From: Saprospiraceae bacterium
Lineage (GTDB): Bacteria; Bacteroidota; Bacteroidia; Chitinophagales; Saprospiraceae
Assembly (NCBI GenBank): GCA_041392845.1
Contig: JAWKLG010000005.1
Coordinates: forward strand, 174,398 to 238,397
DNA length: 64,000 nt
Direction: 5' to 3'
Of this stretch, positions 10,590-20,488 are shown in pieces. The first letter of the stretch is position 1. Each line of letters begins with the position of its first letter. The notes beneath the pieces were generated by a model. It was not told the DNA's origin, did not search any database, and saw only the letters and a list, made by a program, of their open reading frames with translations. The position numbers and the translations under genes were made by a program.

Positions 10590-12137
10590 ATGCATAAGTC
10601 CATCTTCACCCTATTAGTTTTCTTTTCCTTCTGCTTTAGTATTACAGCACAAAATCCATTTCCTTGCGGCACCCAGCCCTATAAATCAGAATGGTTAAAA
10701 TCATTTCAGTCAAATCCCGAAGCAGCTAAAACTGTATTGGATTCTACACTCTATGTAACTATGACTGTTCACAATGTTGGCTCAGATGATGGTTCTGGCT
10801 ACCTTTCCTACAACACCATCCTTAATGCACTTTGTATTTTAAATGAAGATTTTGCACCCGCCAATATTCAGTTCTTCCTGGAGGAAGACGTGAGATACAT
10901 CAACAATACCGCTTTCAACCAACATGATTCTGTCCTCGATGGAGGACTTTTCATGTTACAATATGACATAGAAAACACAATCAACACTTATTTCGTAACT
11001 GATCCGGCTGGAAACTGTGGTTACAACCTACCCTGGGCTTCTATTGGAATGAATAAAGGATGTTCAGGGGCCCAAAGCCATACCTGGGCACATGAGGTGG
11101 GGCATAATCTCTCCCTTCCTCACCCATTTTATGGTTGGGAAGGAGGCGTAAGTTGGGACAATTCAGTACCACACAACTTCTTCAATCCGGCTCCAAGAAC
11201 CGTTTTGAACAATTATACCAGCTTTAAAGATTCCCTGATTTTAGATACACTTATCATTGATACCATATTGGTTGAATTGGTTGAAAGAACCAATTGTTTA
11301 ATTGCCGGAGATGGATTTTGTGATACCTACCCTGATTATATTTCAAGTAGATGGAATTGTAATACGGATGGAGAAAGTCCTACACTTCAGACAGATCCGG
11401 ATGGTGTAGAATTCCGCTCTGATGGAACATTGATAATGTCATATTCCGACGACAGATGCGCCAACCGATTCAGTGAAGATCAGATGGCTGCGATGAGGGC
11501 GAGTTTATTAATGGAAAAACCGGAAGTCCTTAGAAATGAGCCTCCTGACCTACCCGTTGATCCTGCTTTTGTCTTCTCACCTGTTTTCCCTCAACCCGGA
11601 GAGGTAATTATTCCTGAAAACAATACTTTCCAATGGGATGCAGTTGACAACGCCACCCATTATCTTATTCAGATTAGCCGATTACCTTCTTTTGCAGTAA
11701 ATGAATTTGAAGAAATAGTTAATACCAATTCAGCACAAATAGAGAATCTGAGATCCAATACCAAATTTTTCTGGAGGGTTCGTCCGTTCAACTTTACATC
11801 AACTTGTGCAAATTTTTCATCACTACAGAATTTTGAGACTTCAGAACCAACCTCTATACAAACACCTTCAAAAATTGCTGAAGACCTGACCGTTTTTCCA
11901 AGCCCGACGCCCGAAGGACAACAAATATTCGTAAAATGGACAGGAATCGATTTAGGACAATCAAATTTTGAAATTACAGACCTAATTGGCAGGCAAGTCC
12001 TAACCGGTAATGTTGATTTGACAAGTAACCGGGTTATCCAGATTAAAGGAAGTGAGGGGCTGCACCAAGGTGTTTATTTTTTAAAAGTCCAACACAAAAA
12101 TACCTGGATGATTAAAAGGGTAATGGTAAATAATTAA
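10590..12137 (+). CDS. Secreted zinc metalloprotease, M43 (pappalysin/cytophagalysin)-like metzincin with a T9SS C-terminal sorting domain
   Basis: Signal peptide MHKSIFTLLVFFSFCFSITAQ. HEVGHNLSLPH = HEXXHXXXXXH metzincin zinc site with M43-like spacing. The last ~80 aa (...VFPSPTPEGQQIFVKW...GVYFLKVQHKNTWMIKRVMVNN) resemble a type-A T9SS CTD. Confidence 0.75.
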   Translation: MHKSIFTLLVFFSFCFSITAQNPFPCGTQPYKSEWLKSFQSNPEAAKTVLDSTLYVTMTVHNVGSDDGSGYLSYNTILNALCILNEDFAPANIQFFLEEDVRYINNTAFNQHDSVLDGGLFMLQYDIENTINTYFVTDPAGNCGYNLPWASIGMNKGCSGAQSHTWAHEVGHNLSLPHPFYGWEGGVSWDNSVPHNFFNPAPRTVLNNYTSFKDSLILDTLIIDTILVELVERTNCLIAGDGFCDTYPDYISSRWNCNTDGESPTLQTDPDGVEFRSDGTLIMSYSDDRCANRFSEDQMAAMRASLLMEKPEVLRNEPPDLPVDPAFVFSPVFPQPGEVIIPENNTFQWDAVDNATHYLIQISRLPSFAVNEFEEIVNTNSAQIENLRSNTKFFWRVRPFNFTSTCANFSSLQNFETSEPTSIQTPSKIAEDLTVFPSPTPEGQQIFVKWTGIDLGQSNFEITDLIGRQVLTGNVDLTSNRVIQIKGSEGLHQGVYFLKVQHKNTWMIKRVMVNN

Positions 12138-12826
12138 ACAGACTTCCCTTTGTGATCAGAAACAATAACACCATCTTCAAGTGTAACAACGCGATGCGCA
12201 CGATCAATAACTCTTTGATCATGGGTTGAAAAGACAAAAGTGATTTGTTCTTTTCTGTTCAACTCTTCCATGATTTCCAAAAGGGTATTGGTACTTACTG
12301 AGTCCAAGTTGGCTGTTGGTTCGTCTGCCAAAACGAAGGTTGGCTTGGGAGCCAATGCTCTGGCAACTGCAACCCTCTGCTGCTGTCCACCTGAAAGCTG
12401 AGATGGTTTTTTATCCATTTTATCAGCCAAACCTACTGCAGTGAGCAATTCATTGGTTCGTTTTTCCCTTTCCTCTTTGCTTCTTTTCTGAAGTAACATC
12501 ACAAACTCAACATTCTCCTTCGCGGTCATTACAGGAATAAGATTATAGGCCTGAAAAACGAACCCGATATTGTTCTTCCTAAAATCTATCAGTTCATTAT
12601 CACTGAGCTTGGAAATATCCTGGTTTCCCACCTCCACATAACCTTCAGTCGGACGATCCAATCCTCCTATAATATTCAACAAGGTTGTTTTACCCGATCC
12701 GGATGGTCCAACAATAGCCGTAAATTCACCTTCATTTATTTCAAGGTCCACTCCTTTAAGTGCTTCTACCGGAATGGTATCTGGATTGTATATTTTTTTA
12801 ACCGCACTTGTTTTAATAACTGCCAT
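12134..12826 (-). CDS. ABC transporter ATP-binding protein (LolD/MacB-like)
   Basis: Walker A GPSGSGKTTLLN, ABC signature LSGGQQQRVAVARAL, Walker B VLADEPT. Confidence 0.9.
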   Translation of the reverse strand: MAVIKTSAVKKIYNPDTIPVEALKGVDLEINEGEFTAIVGPSGSGKTTLLNIIGGLDRPTEGYVEVGNQDISKLSDNELIDFRKNNIGFVFQAYNLIPVMTAKENVEFVMLLQKRSKEEREKRTNELLTAVGLADKMDKKPSQLSGGQQQRVAVARALAPKPTFVLADEPTANLDSVSTNTLLEIMEELNRKEQITFVFSTHDQRVIDRAHRVVTLEDGVIVSDHKGKSV

Positions 12827-12831
12827 GTTAT

Positions 12832-13386
12832 TTATTTTTCTGTGGTATTATATTTTTTCCATAAAAAGCAGGCTTGACCATCTTCCTCGATTTCGCCTGC
12901 ATTTGAAAACCCATTTTTTTCTAATACTTTTTGAGATGCAAGATTTTCAACCGGAGTATAGGCTATCATAATCCTTGCATTTTCATGCATAAACACCCAA
13001 TTAACTAAACCTCTCACCGCCTCACTTGCAATCCCCTTTTTCTGAAAATTATCATCAACTACATATCCAATGGCGACCTCTCCATTTTCGTTTGGCAAAC
13101 CACTCAAACCAATACTTCCTATTGACTGGTTGGTAGATTTAAAAACCATCTCCCAATTGGTTCCCCAACAAAATTCCTCAGGAAATTTATTAGTGAAATT
13201 GAGCCAATGGTCCATAGCTTCTGCCATTTCTGTTTCCATTTCTTCTGAAATACTCCTTTTTATAGGATTCAAACCAAGGTGTTCTTCCAACTTTGGCCTG
13301 CTTTCTTTTAACAATTCAAGATGAACCGATTTCAATGGAATCAAAAACAATCGCTCCGTTTCAATATGATAGGATTCCAATCTCAT
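12832..13386 (-). CDS. GNAT family N-acetyltransferase (RimJ/RimL-like)
   Basis: TERLFLIPL N-terminus and Q/RxxGxG/A-like motif (QKKGIASEAVRGLVNW) typical of GNAT acetyltransferases. Confidence 0.7.
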   Translation of the reverse strand: MRLESYHIETERLFLIPLKSVHLELLKESRPKLEEHLGLNPIKRSISEEMETEMAEAMDHWLNFTNKFPEEFCWGTNWEMVFKSTNQSIGSIGLSGLPNENGEVAIGYVVDDNFQKKGIASEAVRGLVNWVFMHENARIMIAYTPVENLASQKVLEKNGFSNAGEIEEDGQACFLWKKYNTTEK

Positions 13387-14597
13387 AATTTTCTAATGGC
13401 CTCCACCGGTTTAAGTCTGATGGCTTTCAAAGCCGGATAAATGGAACCCAACAAAGCAGTAATCACAACGGCTATTGCCAATTGCCAATAAAAATGAGAT
13501 TGTAATTGAGGATATACGATATCAGACATACCAAATTCCTGCATTCCCTGAGAATACAATGAAAGGTTTATTCCTGCCTTACTCAGCCAACTTACTGTAC
13601 CCCATCCAATCAACAATCCTAGTGGCGCAGAAATCAATCCCAACATGATAGTCTCAGTCATAATCATAAGGAATATCCTGACCTTGTTCATACCAATCGA
13701 CATCAACATTCCTAATTCCCGATACCGCTCCAATACTGCCATTAACATGGTATTTATGATGCCAAAAATCAAAGCCAGCATTACGATAAAAGTAAAAATG
13801 GTAGCTGACAGTTGAATCTGCGATTCAAATAATTCAATTTCCGGAGAAATTTCTTTATAAGATTGAACAAGGAGATTTGGAAAATCTCCCTTCAAACTAT
13901 TCATTATAGTGTCCAGTTGATCAGTGTCATCCAACAACATGGCAACCTCATGACTCATTGTTGAATCACCCAATAATCTGCTCAAATCATCTTTTCTTAC
14001 AAATACCCTGAATTCATCAAAAGCATTGTTTCCGGTATCAAACAATCCGGCAACCCTAAACGCACCGGCAGTGATATCACCGTCCGTATTTTGAAAAGTC
14101 AAGACCAATTTTGAACGAAGTTTCACATTCATCTTATCTGCCAAATCACTACTAATCAGCACAGGATTCCTTCTTTCCACATCCAGGTAATCCCCATCTA
14201 CAATGTTTTTATCAAGTTGAGTTACTGCTCCTTCAAGCTCCGTATCTACTCCGCTTATCAAAACTCCTCTTGCACCTTTACTTGAAGAAACCATTCCCAT
14301 GGTAATAGTGCGCAGCGTCGCAGCTTTTACTCCGGGAGTACTTTCAACTGTTTTAAGTATTAATTCAGGATCTTTTAAGTTGTACTTGATTTCCTTTTCT
14401 TCCGGAAACTTTGGATCATGTATCTGTACATGTGAAATTTCATTTTGGATGGTATTATTCACATAAGAATTTACCATGCCCGAGCTAAAACTGATAAGGA
14501 AAATAACAGCCCAAACTCCCAGGGCTATAGATGTGATTACTACCAGGCTTCTTACCCTGCTCCTCCATATATTTCGCCATGCAATTTTTAAAATCAT
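13383..14597 (-). CDS. ABC transporter permease, FtsX-like (LolC/E-like)
   Basis: N-terminal TM, large periplasmic loop, C-terminal FtsX 3-TM module ending ...YPALKAIRLKPVEAIRKL. Confidence 0.85.
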   Translation of the reverse strand: MILKIAWRNIWRSRVRSLVVITSIALGVWAVIFLISFSSGMVNSYVNNTIQNEISHVQIHDPKFPEEKEIKYNLKDPELILKTVESTPGVKAATLRTITMGMVSSSKGARGVLISGVDTELEGAVTQLDKNIVDGDYLDVERRNPVLISSDLADKMNVKLRSKLVLTFQNTDGDITAGAFRVAGLFDTGNNAFDEFRVFVRKDDLSRLLGDSTMSHEVAMLLDDTDQLDTIMNSLKGDFPNLLVQSYKEISPEIELFESQIQLSATIFTFIVMLALIFGIINTMLMAVLERYRELGMLMSIGMNKVRIFLMIMTETIMLGLISAPLGLLIGWGTVSWLSKAGINLSLYSQGMQEFGMSDIVYPQLQSHFYWQLAIAVVITALLGSIYPALKAIRLKPVEAIRKL

Positions 14598-14609
14598 TGC
14601 CTATTCTTT

Positions 14610-15845
14610 TTATGCTCTCATCGCCTGAACGGCTTTGAGTTTGCGGATTTTAGTTAAAGGATACAAAGCCATTATCGTTGTTAGGACTACTACAACTATC
14701 GCCTGGGTAAAAAATATTTGCCAGTCAAAGGCAGCCGGAAAGATGGGTTCAAATCCAAACTTCTCGTAGGCTTGCTCCATATCTTTGGATATTTTGGAAA
14801 AATCGACCGGATGGGTATTGAAATAATAAACCAATGGAAGACTGGCAATAATACCCGCAACAGCTCCTAAAAGGCCAAGAAACATAATCTCAAACCAGAC
14901 CATAATTCCCATACTCATACGCTTCATTCCAATAGCCAATAAGACACCAAATTCATATTCCCTTTCTTTGGTCATCATAAGTATGGTTCCAAAAATCCCA
15001 AAGGCAATAATCACGTACAAAATCATTAACACTATTACATTGCCGGCCGTATCAACCTCTCGGGCTTCAACCAATTCAGGCATCATGGTCTGCCATCCCA
15101 TTACCTCATATCCAGCTGCAGTATCCAGCTTCTGTGATATACTGGCAATCGTGTTTTCAACCTCATCTTTATTTTCAACCTGAATGGCAACAGAAGTCAA
15201 TAATCCATTCGCACCATAAAATCGTTGTGCAGTCTTCAAAGGCAAATAAACCATTTGTTTATTTAGTTCGGGTGAGCCAAATTTGACCATTCCTTTAACC
15301 AGATACTTTCCGGCAGCATTCACTCCATGATAACCCTGACTAATTAAAATCAATGTATCTCCCACCTCAAGTCCGAGGTTGTTAGCAGCACCTTCTGCTA
15401 TCAAAACCGATTCTTCTCCTTCTTCAAAAAAAGAACCTTTAGTAATCCGGTCCTTAAATCCGGTCATAGCATTTTCTGCTTCAGGATTGGTCCCGACTAC
15501 CAATACTCCTTTGGTATTATTTCCGTTAGCACCCAATGCAAAAGATTCCAACCTTGGCACTACATTTTTGATGGTTCCTATTTCTGACAACTTATCTTGC
15601 CAATCACCATCCTCCTCAAAAGCCTTATCGATACTTTGCTCATCCCAGTATCCCTTGCTATGTATTTGAATATATCCGTAATGAAAGTTCACTACATTGT
15701 CCACCATTCTATCCCAGGCTCCTTTTTGTATAGATTGCATGAAGGAAGAAAGCAACACTGCAAAGAGTATGGACGCAGCAGTTATCAGGGTTCTCCTTTT
15801 ATTTCTCCAGACATTTCTCCAGGCCAGCAATATGATTGTCTTCAT
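14610..15845 (-). CDS. ABC transporter permease, FtsX-like (second copy)
   Basis: Same architecture; ends ...YPLTKIRKLKAVQAMRA. Confidence 0.85.
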   Translation of the reverse strand: MKTIILLAWRNVWRNKRRTLITAASILFAVLLSSFMQSIQKGAWDRMVDNVVNFHYGYIQIHSKGYWDEQSIDKAFEEDGDWQDKLSEIGTIKNVVPRLESFALGANGNNTKGVLVVGTNPEAENAMTGFKDRITKGSFFEEGEESVLIAEGAANNLGLEVGDTLILISQGYHGVNAAGKYLVKGMVKFGSPELNKQMVYLPLKTAQRFYGANGLLTSVAIQVENKDEVENTIASISQKLDTAAGYEVMGWQTMMPELVEAREVDTAGNVIVLMILYVIIAFGIFGTILMMTKEREYEFGVLLAIGMKRMSMGIMVWFEIMFLGLLGAVAGIIASLPLVYYFNTHPVDFSKISKDMEQAYEKFGFEPIFPAAFDWQIFFTQAIVVVVLTTIMALYPLTKIRKLKAVQAMRA

Positions 15846-15865
15846 GATAATTTTTTAAATGCCTG

Positions 15866-16627
15866 CTATCTAACACTTTTCATATTTTGAACCGAAAAGA
15901 AATTTTCTTTCATCGGCTCATCAAACTTCATCCAAAGATTTTCGATAATCGTTCTATTTTCTGGTTCATCTGCGGGAATAACTTCCATTTTGGCAGGAAG
16001 CATTTTACCGCCTAACATTTTTATATCCTGACCTAAGATTGTATTCACCAAATATTCATCCTCGTCGTAAAACTCAGTCTTCATTTGAAGGAAGTCTTTT
16101 TTACTAATCCAGGAAATAACTTTCCCCCAAACTACAGGTGCGTCAGGTTTTGGTACCATCTGGATTTTATAACACTCTCTTCCATTTATCGTTTCCGATC
16201 CTAATAGGGTATGATTGTAATCTTCAACGATTGATGACTGCTTTACCAGATCGTCATTGGTAAAATCAGAACCCATCCAGGATTGAGCCATCATAGAAGG
16301 AGGCAGTTTCACTACCCGGTCAATGGTAGGTTGCCAGTTCCAAATTTCATTTCCTCTTTTTAAAAAAGCAGTTCCTTTATCCCTCGCAGGTGCAGTCACC
16401 AGGATGAGCGCATAATCGTTTCCGATTCCCCAACTCTTCATGGTCATCTCTCTCTTCCAGCCAGGTCGTACGATGGTCATTTTCATTTCACCTTGACTGG
16501 TTTCACCATTTAATTTCTCGTCTGCCTTTTTTACAATTTCTTTCGCTGTTAAACCGGATTGTGCTTTAATTGAGGTGAACCCCAAAACCATTATAAATCC
16601 TGCTAACAATAATCCAAACTTTCTCAT
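15866..16627 (-). CDS. Outer-membrane lipoprotein-sorting (LolA-like) protein
   Basis: Signal peptide, about 250 aa, conserved Bacteroidota context (TetR, LolA-like, 2x FtsX, ABC ATPase). Confidence 0.6.
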   Translation of the reverse strand: MRKFGLLLAGFIMVLGFTSIKAQSGLTAKEIVKKADEKLNGETSQGEMKMTIVRPGWKREMTMKSWGIGNDYALILVTAPARDKGTAFLKRGNEIWNWQPTIDRVVKLPPSMMAQSWMGSDFTNDDLVKQSSIVEDYNHTLLGSETINGRECYKIQMVPKPDAPVVWGKVISWISKKDFLQMKTEFYDEDEYLVNTILGQDIKMLGGKMLPAKMEVIPADEPENRTIIENLWMKFDEPMKENFFSVQNMKSVR

Positions 16628-16632
16628 TTCCT

Positions 16633-17217
16633 TTATTTTTCAAATATTTTTTGAATAACCAATTGTTTCATCTCTTCTAAAGGATATACCTCTGGCATTA
16701 CCATGTATTGCATCCCGATGCCATCCATCAAGGCACCATATAATAGTGCTTCTTTTTCAGGCTCCTTTTTACCCATCTTTCGAAAAAGGTCCGTAACCAT
16801 ACCTGTATGTTCTTTCGCTTTTTCAATGACTTCCCCTTCCATGCTTTTGGTCACAGCTGGTTGAAATGCCAGAGCAGCTAACAATTTCCAATACTTAAGG
16901 TTGTCAACTATCCACTCAAATACTCCATCAATTAATCCACGCATTTGTTCCTCAGGACTGGCAGCTTCATCCAAATACCGACGCATAAAGACATTCCCCA
17001 TCTCCATTGCATCTGTGATAATTGCCTTCAATAATTCGTCTTTACTTTCAAAATAATTATACATCAGTCCTTTGGATATCTTCGCAGCCTTGGCAATTTG
17101 ACGGATACTGGTATTATGGAAACCATTTTCAGCAAAGAGCTCCAGAGCAGTTTCTTTAATCACCAAAACTGTCTGGGTCCTGATTTCTTCGAATTGTTCT
17201 TTGGACTTCGGAGACAT
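16633..17217 (-). CDS. TetR/AcrR family transcriptional regulator
   Basis: HTH TSIRQIAKAAKISKGLMYNYFESKDELL. Start moved to the ATG at 17217 (MSPKSKEQFEEIR...); the ORF-track start at 17289 adds a hydrophobic leader unlikely in a TetR. Confidence 0.8.
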   Translation of the reverse strand: MSPKSKEQFEEIRTQTVLVIKETALELFAENGFHNTSIRQIAKAAKISKGLMYNYFESKDELLKAIITDAMEMGNVFMRRYLDEAASPEEQMRGLIDGVFEWIVDNLKYWKLLAALAFQPAVTKSMEGEVIEKAKEHTGMVTDLFRKMGKKEPEKEALLYGALMDGIGMQYMVMPEVYPLEEMKQLVIQKIFEK

Positions 17218-17321
17218 AAAATAATTATTGAACGAATGGTCAGTCAAAAATACATAATTGCCAAACACGACGCACAAAAGAATGTTCATTATCGACCACC
17301 GAAAGCAATTAATCGATAAAA

Positions 17322-17357
17322 ACAGAAAAGGCTGCCTCCTTTCGGAAGCAGCCTTTT
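17322..17357 (-). terminator. Rho-independent terminator downstream of the coiled-coil gene
   Basis: GGCTGCctcctttcggaaGCAGCC stem-loop flanked by A/T runs, read on the minus strand. Confidence 0.5.
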
Positions 17358-17381
17358 CATATTAGCAATGGGACAATACAA

Positions 17382-18332
17382 TTATTTCAGTCTGAAAGAA
17401 GATTTACCGGCAAGGAATCCCTTGTTGTATAATTCTACTTCGTAAACTCCCTCTTGAAATCCGTTTGGATCGGTCCAGTTGAAGCAAACTTTTTCAGCCT
17501 CATTATCATATTCCTGCTCCAAAACCTGGGTGTAAAGAATTTCAGATCCTGTTTCTTTGTTTACAATGGTGCGTTGCTCTGCAGCTACTGTTTCACCAAC
17601 TGGATTGATAACCCTTACATAGAATTTTTCCATTCCCGGATTAGCAACTTTGTTTTCAGCCATATTGAAACAAATTTCTACCTGATCTACATTTTTTGCA
17701 TAACGCTTTTTAGACGTCTTTCCGTTGTCGCGCAACTTGTAACCTTCAATTTCAAATCCCTGAGTCTTGATAACAGATGCGAAAGTTACTTTGTCTGTCA
17801 GATAGGTTTTCTCTGTTTCAAGCTGCTGCTTTTCAGAAACAAGCGCTGCTTTAGCAGTTGTTAATTCTTCATTTTGGACTTTCTGTTGCGATAGGTTTTC
17901 AGAAAGCATCAAATTTTGATCGGTTAACTCTGCATTCTCTTCTTTAAGCTGATTGACCTGGGCAATATATTCTTCAACTTGTCCGGTCAGGTTTTTAATT
18001 TCTTCTCTGGCCTTTGCCAAATCATTTCTGCTTCTAATCAAGGAAGAGATTTTTGATTTCTGCTCCGCCAATTCAGCCTTTTGCTGATCAATTATGGCAT
18101 TCAACTCTTCATTATCTCCTTTTAATCCATCTAGTTCAAGAATGGCATCATTGTATTGGTTTTCCAATGAGTCCGAAAGCATTTGTACTTCTTCCAAAGC
18201 TGCTGCTTTCTCTTCAAGTGCCTTACCTTTGTTGATGTTGCTTACCAGTAAGAAAATCGCTACCCCCAAGAGGGCCACCACGATTACTGAAGCAATTGCA
18301 ATTAATCTTTGCTGAGAATTGTTGGTCGTCAT
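17382..18332 (-). CDS. Membrane-anchored coiled-coil protein with a C-terminal globular domain, hypothetical
   Basis: N-terminal TM LIAIASVIVVALLGVAIFLLV, about 150 aa heptad-like E/K/L/Q-rich region, about 130-aa C-terminal domain. Confidence 0.6.
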   Translation of the reverse strand: MTTNNSQQRLIAIASVIVVALLGVAIFLLVSNINKGKALEEKAAALEEVQMLSDSLENQYNDAILELDGLKGDNEELNAIIDQQKAELAEQKSKISSLIRSRNDLAKAREEIKNLTGQVEEYIAQVNQLKEENAELTDQNLMLSENLSQQKVQNEELTTAKAALVSEKQQLETEKTYLTDKVTFASVIKTQGFEIEGYKLRDNGKTSKKRYAKNVDQVEICFNMAENKVANPGMEKFYVRVINPVGETVAAEQRTIVNKETGSEILYTQVLEQEYDNEAEKVCFNWTDPNGFQEGVYEVELYNKGFLAGKSSFRLK

Positions 18333-18583
18333 GACAGTCTTTTTTTGTTAAAAATTCAGTTTGGTTAAATTGGTAATTAAAAAGGTACGGGTACTTTGAA
18401 AACAGTGAATGAATATGTAAAAGGTAAGTAGCGACTTTTGTATTGCAAATTTAACACAAGTAATGACTGATCTGTTCGAAATATTGTATCCAAGATAAAA
18501 TTTCTTGGCTTTTTTTAAAAAAAACCTGTCCATTTTGATACCTCGAGGCACTTTTGGGTACTTTTGAATAGAAAGATTTTTTT

Positions 18584-19354
18584 ATGCTACAACAAATCGA
18601 CATTGCCAGTGTCCTTTTTCTGGACATAGAAACGGTATCAGGTGCTAAATCTTATGCAGACCTGGATGATAATTTTAAAGAGCTTTGGAAATACAAAGCA
18701 CCTTCAGCTCTAAGAAAACCTTCTTCAGAACTCTCAGAAGAGGACATTGAAAATGCCTATAATGAAAAAGCAGGCATCTATTCAGAGTTTGGAAAAATCA
18801 TTTGTATATCTGTAGGAATCGTAGTCCGTGATAAAAACCAACAACTTTCTGTCAGACTTAAATCGTTTGCCAACGATGATGAAAAAATCGTTCTGACAGA
18901 ATTTGCTGAATTGTTAAACCAGTATTATCAAAATCCGGACAAGCAATATATATGTGGACACAACATCAAAGAATTTGATATACCATATATATGTAGGAGA
19001 ATGGTAATCCACCAAATTCCCCATCCCCGGATGTTACAACTGCAGGGAAAAAAGCCTTGGGAAACCAAATTCCTATTAGATACCCTGGAACTTTGGAAGT
19101 TCGGCGACATGAAAAACTACACTTCATTAAAATTGCTGGCTGGAGTTTTAGGCTTCCCTTCACCAAAAGATGATATTGACGGAAGTGAAGTTGGAAATGT
19201 TTATTGGAACCTCGGCGACTTACCCAGAATCGCAATCTATTGCGAAAAAGACGTTCTGGCTACCATTCAATTATTACTTAAATTCATGTACATGCCCACC
19301 CTTGAACCAAATCAGGTAACATCAGTCGGATGGAAACAGGAAGACGACGTATAG
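18584..19354 (+). CDS. Predicted 3'-5' exonuclease (DEDD/PolB-exonuclease-like RNase H fold)
   Basis: Exo I motif FLDIETV near the N-terminus; CGHNIKEFDIPYI and YCEKDVLAT resemble Exo II/III motifs. Confidence 0.65.
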   Translation: MLQQIDIASVLFLDIETVSGAKSYADLDDNFKELWKYKAPSALRKPSSELSEEDIENAYNEKAGIYSEFGKIICISVGIVVRDKNQQLSVRLKSFANDDEKIVLTEFAELLNQYYQNPDKQYICGHNIKEFDIPYICRRMVIHQIPHPRMLQLQGKKPWETKFLLDTLELWKFGDMKNYTSLKLLAGVLGFPSPKDDIDGSEVGNVYWNLGDLPRIAIYCEKDVLATIQLLLKFMYMPTLEPNQVTSVGWKQEDDV

Positions 19355-19360
19355 CACGCA

Positions 19361-20488
19361 ATGGAAATCATCCCAAAACTGATCCTGATAATTTTTGTAC
19401 TGGCCACTGGTATCAACCTATACTTTTGGTTGACATGGTTTTCTAAATTGGCATTTTATAACCCGGTACAAACTACAGATACGAAAGAAGAAGACCCTCC
19501 TTTGGTCTCAATAGTTATCTGTGCCCGAAATGAAGAAGAAAATCTTGAAAAAAACCTCCGCCGTTTCCTCAACCAAACCTACCGCTCCATAGAAATAGTC
19601 CTAGTAGACGATCAATCTACCGACAAATCCCTGGAAAGAATGTGGTCATTTCAAAAAACTTGTTCTACCTTTCGGATTATAATTATTCGTAATGCGAATA
19701 AAAACCGTGCTGGTAAGAAAGAAGCATTGGCTAAAGGAATAGGCGCTGCCACGGGAAAAATCATTCTTTTAACTGATGCAGATTGCATACCGGCAAATGA
19801 GGAGTGGGTAAGCCAAATGGTAAAACTCCTCAATGGAGAGGTGGACATTGTACTTGGATATTCACCTTATCAAAAAGAAAAGGGCTTTTTAAATAAGTTC
19901 ATTCGATTTGAAACGGTTTATACCGCGATTCAATATCTCTCCTTCGCGTTGGCTGGCAAACCCTATATGGGAGTCGGTCGAAACTTGATGTACAGGAAAA
20001 AACTGTTTGAAAAATCGGATCAATTTAAAACACATCTGGATATTCCATCCGGAGACGATGACTTGTTCATTAATAGTGTTTCCAACAGTACAAATACTGT
20101 TGTAAGTTTATCCCCTCAAACCTTTGTTCTTTCCGAACCATCAAAATCCTGGGAAAAATACTACACACAAAAGGCCAGACACCTGAGCACGGGTAGTCAC
20201 TATAAATGGTCTGACCAAATCAAGCTGGCTTTATTGTCCGGCACACATTTATTGCATTACATGGGAGGCATTGTGCTGCTTTATATTAATTCTAGCACAA
20301 TATTTGTTTTTTTATTATTTGTTTTAAGAATATCTGTGGTCTGGTACATTTACCGCGGTGTCTTAAACAGGCTTGAGGATAAATCACTACTAAAGTGGAT
20401 TCCCCTTTTGGATGCTTGCCTGGTTTTGTACTACCTGATATTCATACCGAGTTTACTAATTAAACGAAAAACGAAAAAATGGAATTAG
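19361..20488 (+). CDS. Glycosyltransferase family 2 membrane protein
   Basis: VSIVICARNEE...IEIVLVDDQSTDKS...LTDADC (GT2 DxD region) plus C-terminal TM helices. Confidence 0.8.
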   Translation: MEIIPKLILIIFVLATGINLYFWLTWFSKLAFYNPVQTTDTKEEDPPLVSIVICARNEEENLEKNLRRFLNQTYRSIEIVLVDDQSTDKSLERMWSFQKTCSTFRIIIIRNANKNRAGKKEALAKGIGAATGKIILLTDADCIPANEEWVSQMVKLLNGEVDIVLGYSPYQKEKGFLNKFIRFETVYTAIQYLSFALAGKPYMGVGRNLMYRKKLFEKSDQFKTHLDIPSGDDDLFINSVSNSTNTVVSLSPQTFVLSEPSKSWEKYYTQKARHLSTGSHYKWSDQIKLALLSGTHLLHYMGGIVLLYINSSTIFVFLLFVLRISVVWYIYRGVLNRLEDKSLLKWIPLLDACLVLYYLIFIPSLLIKRKTKKWN

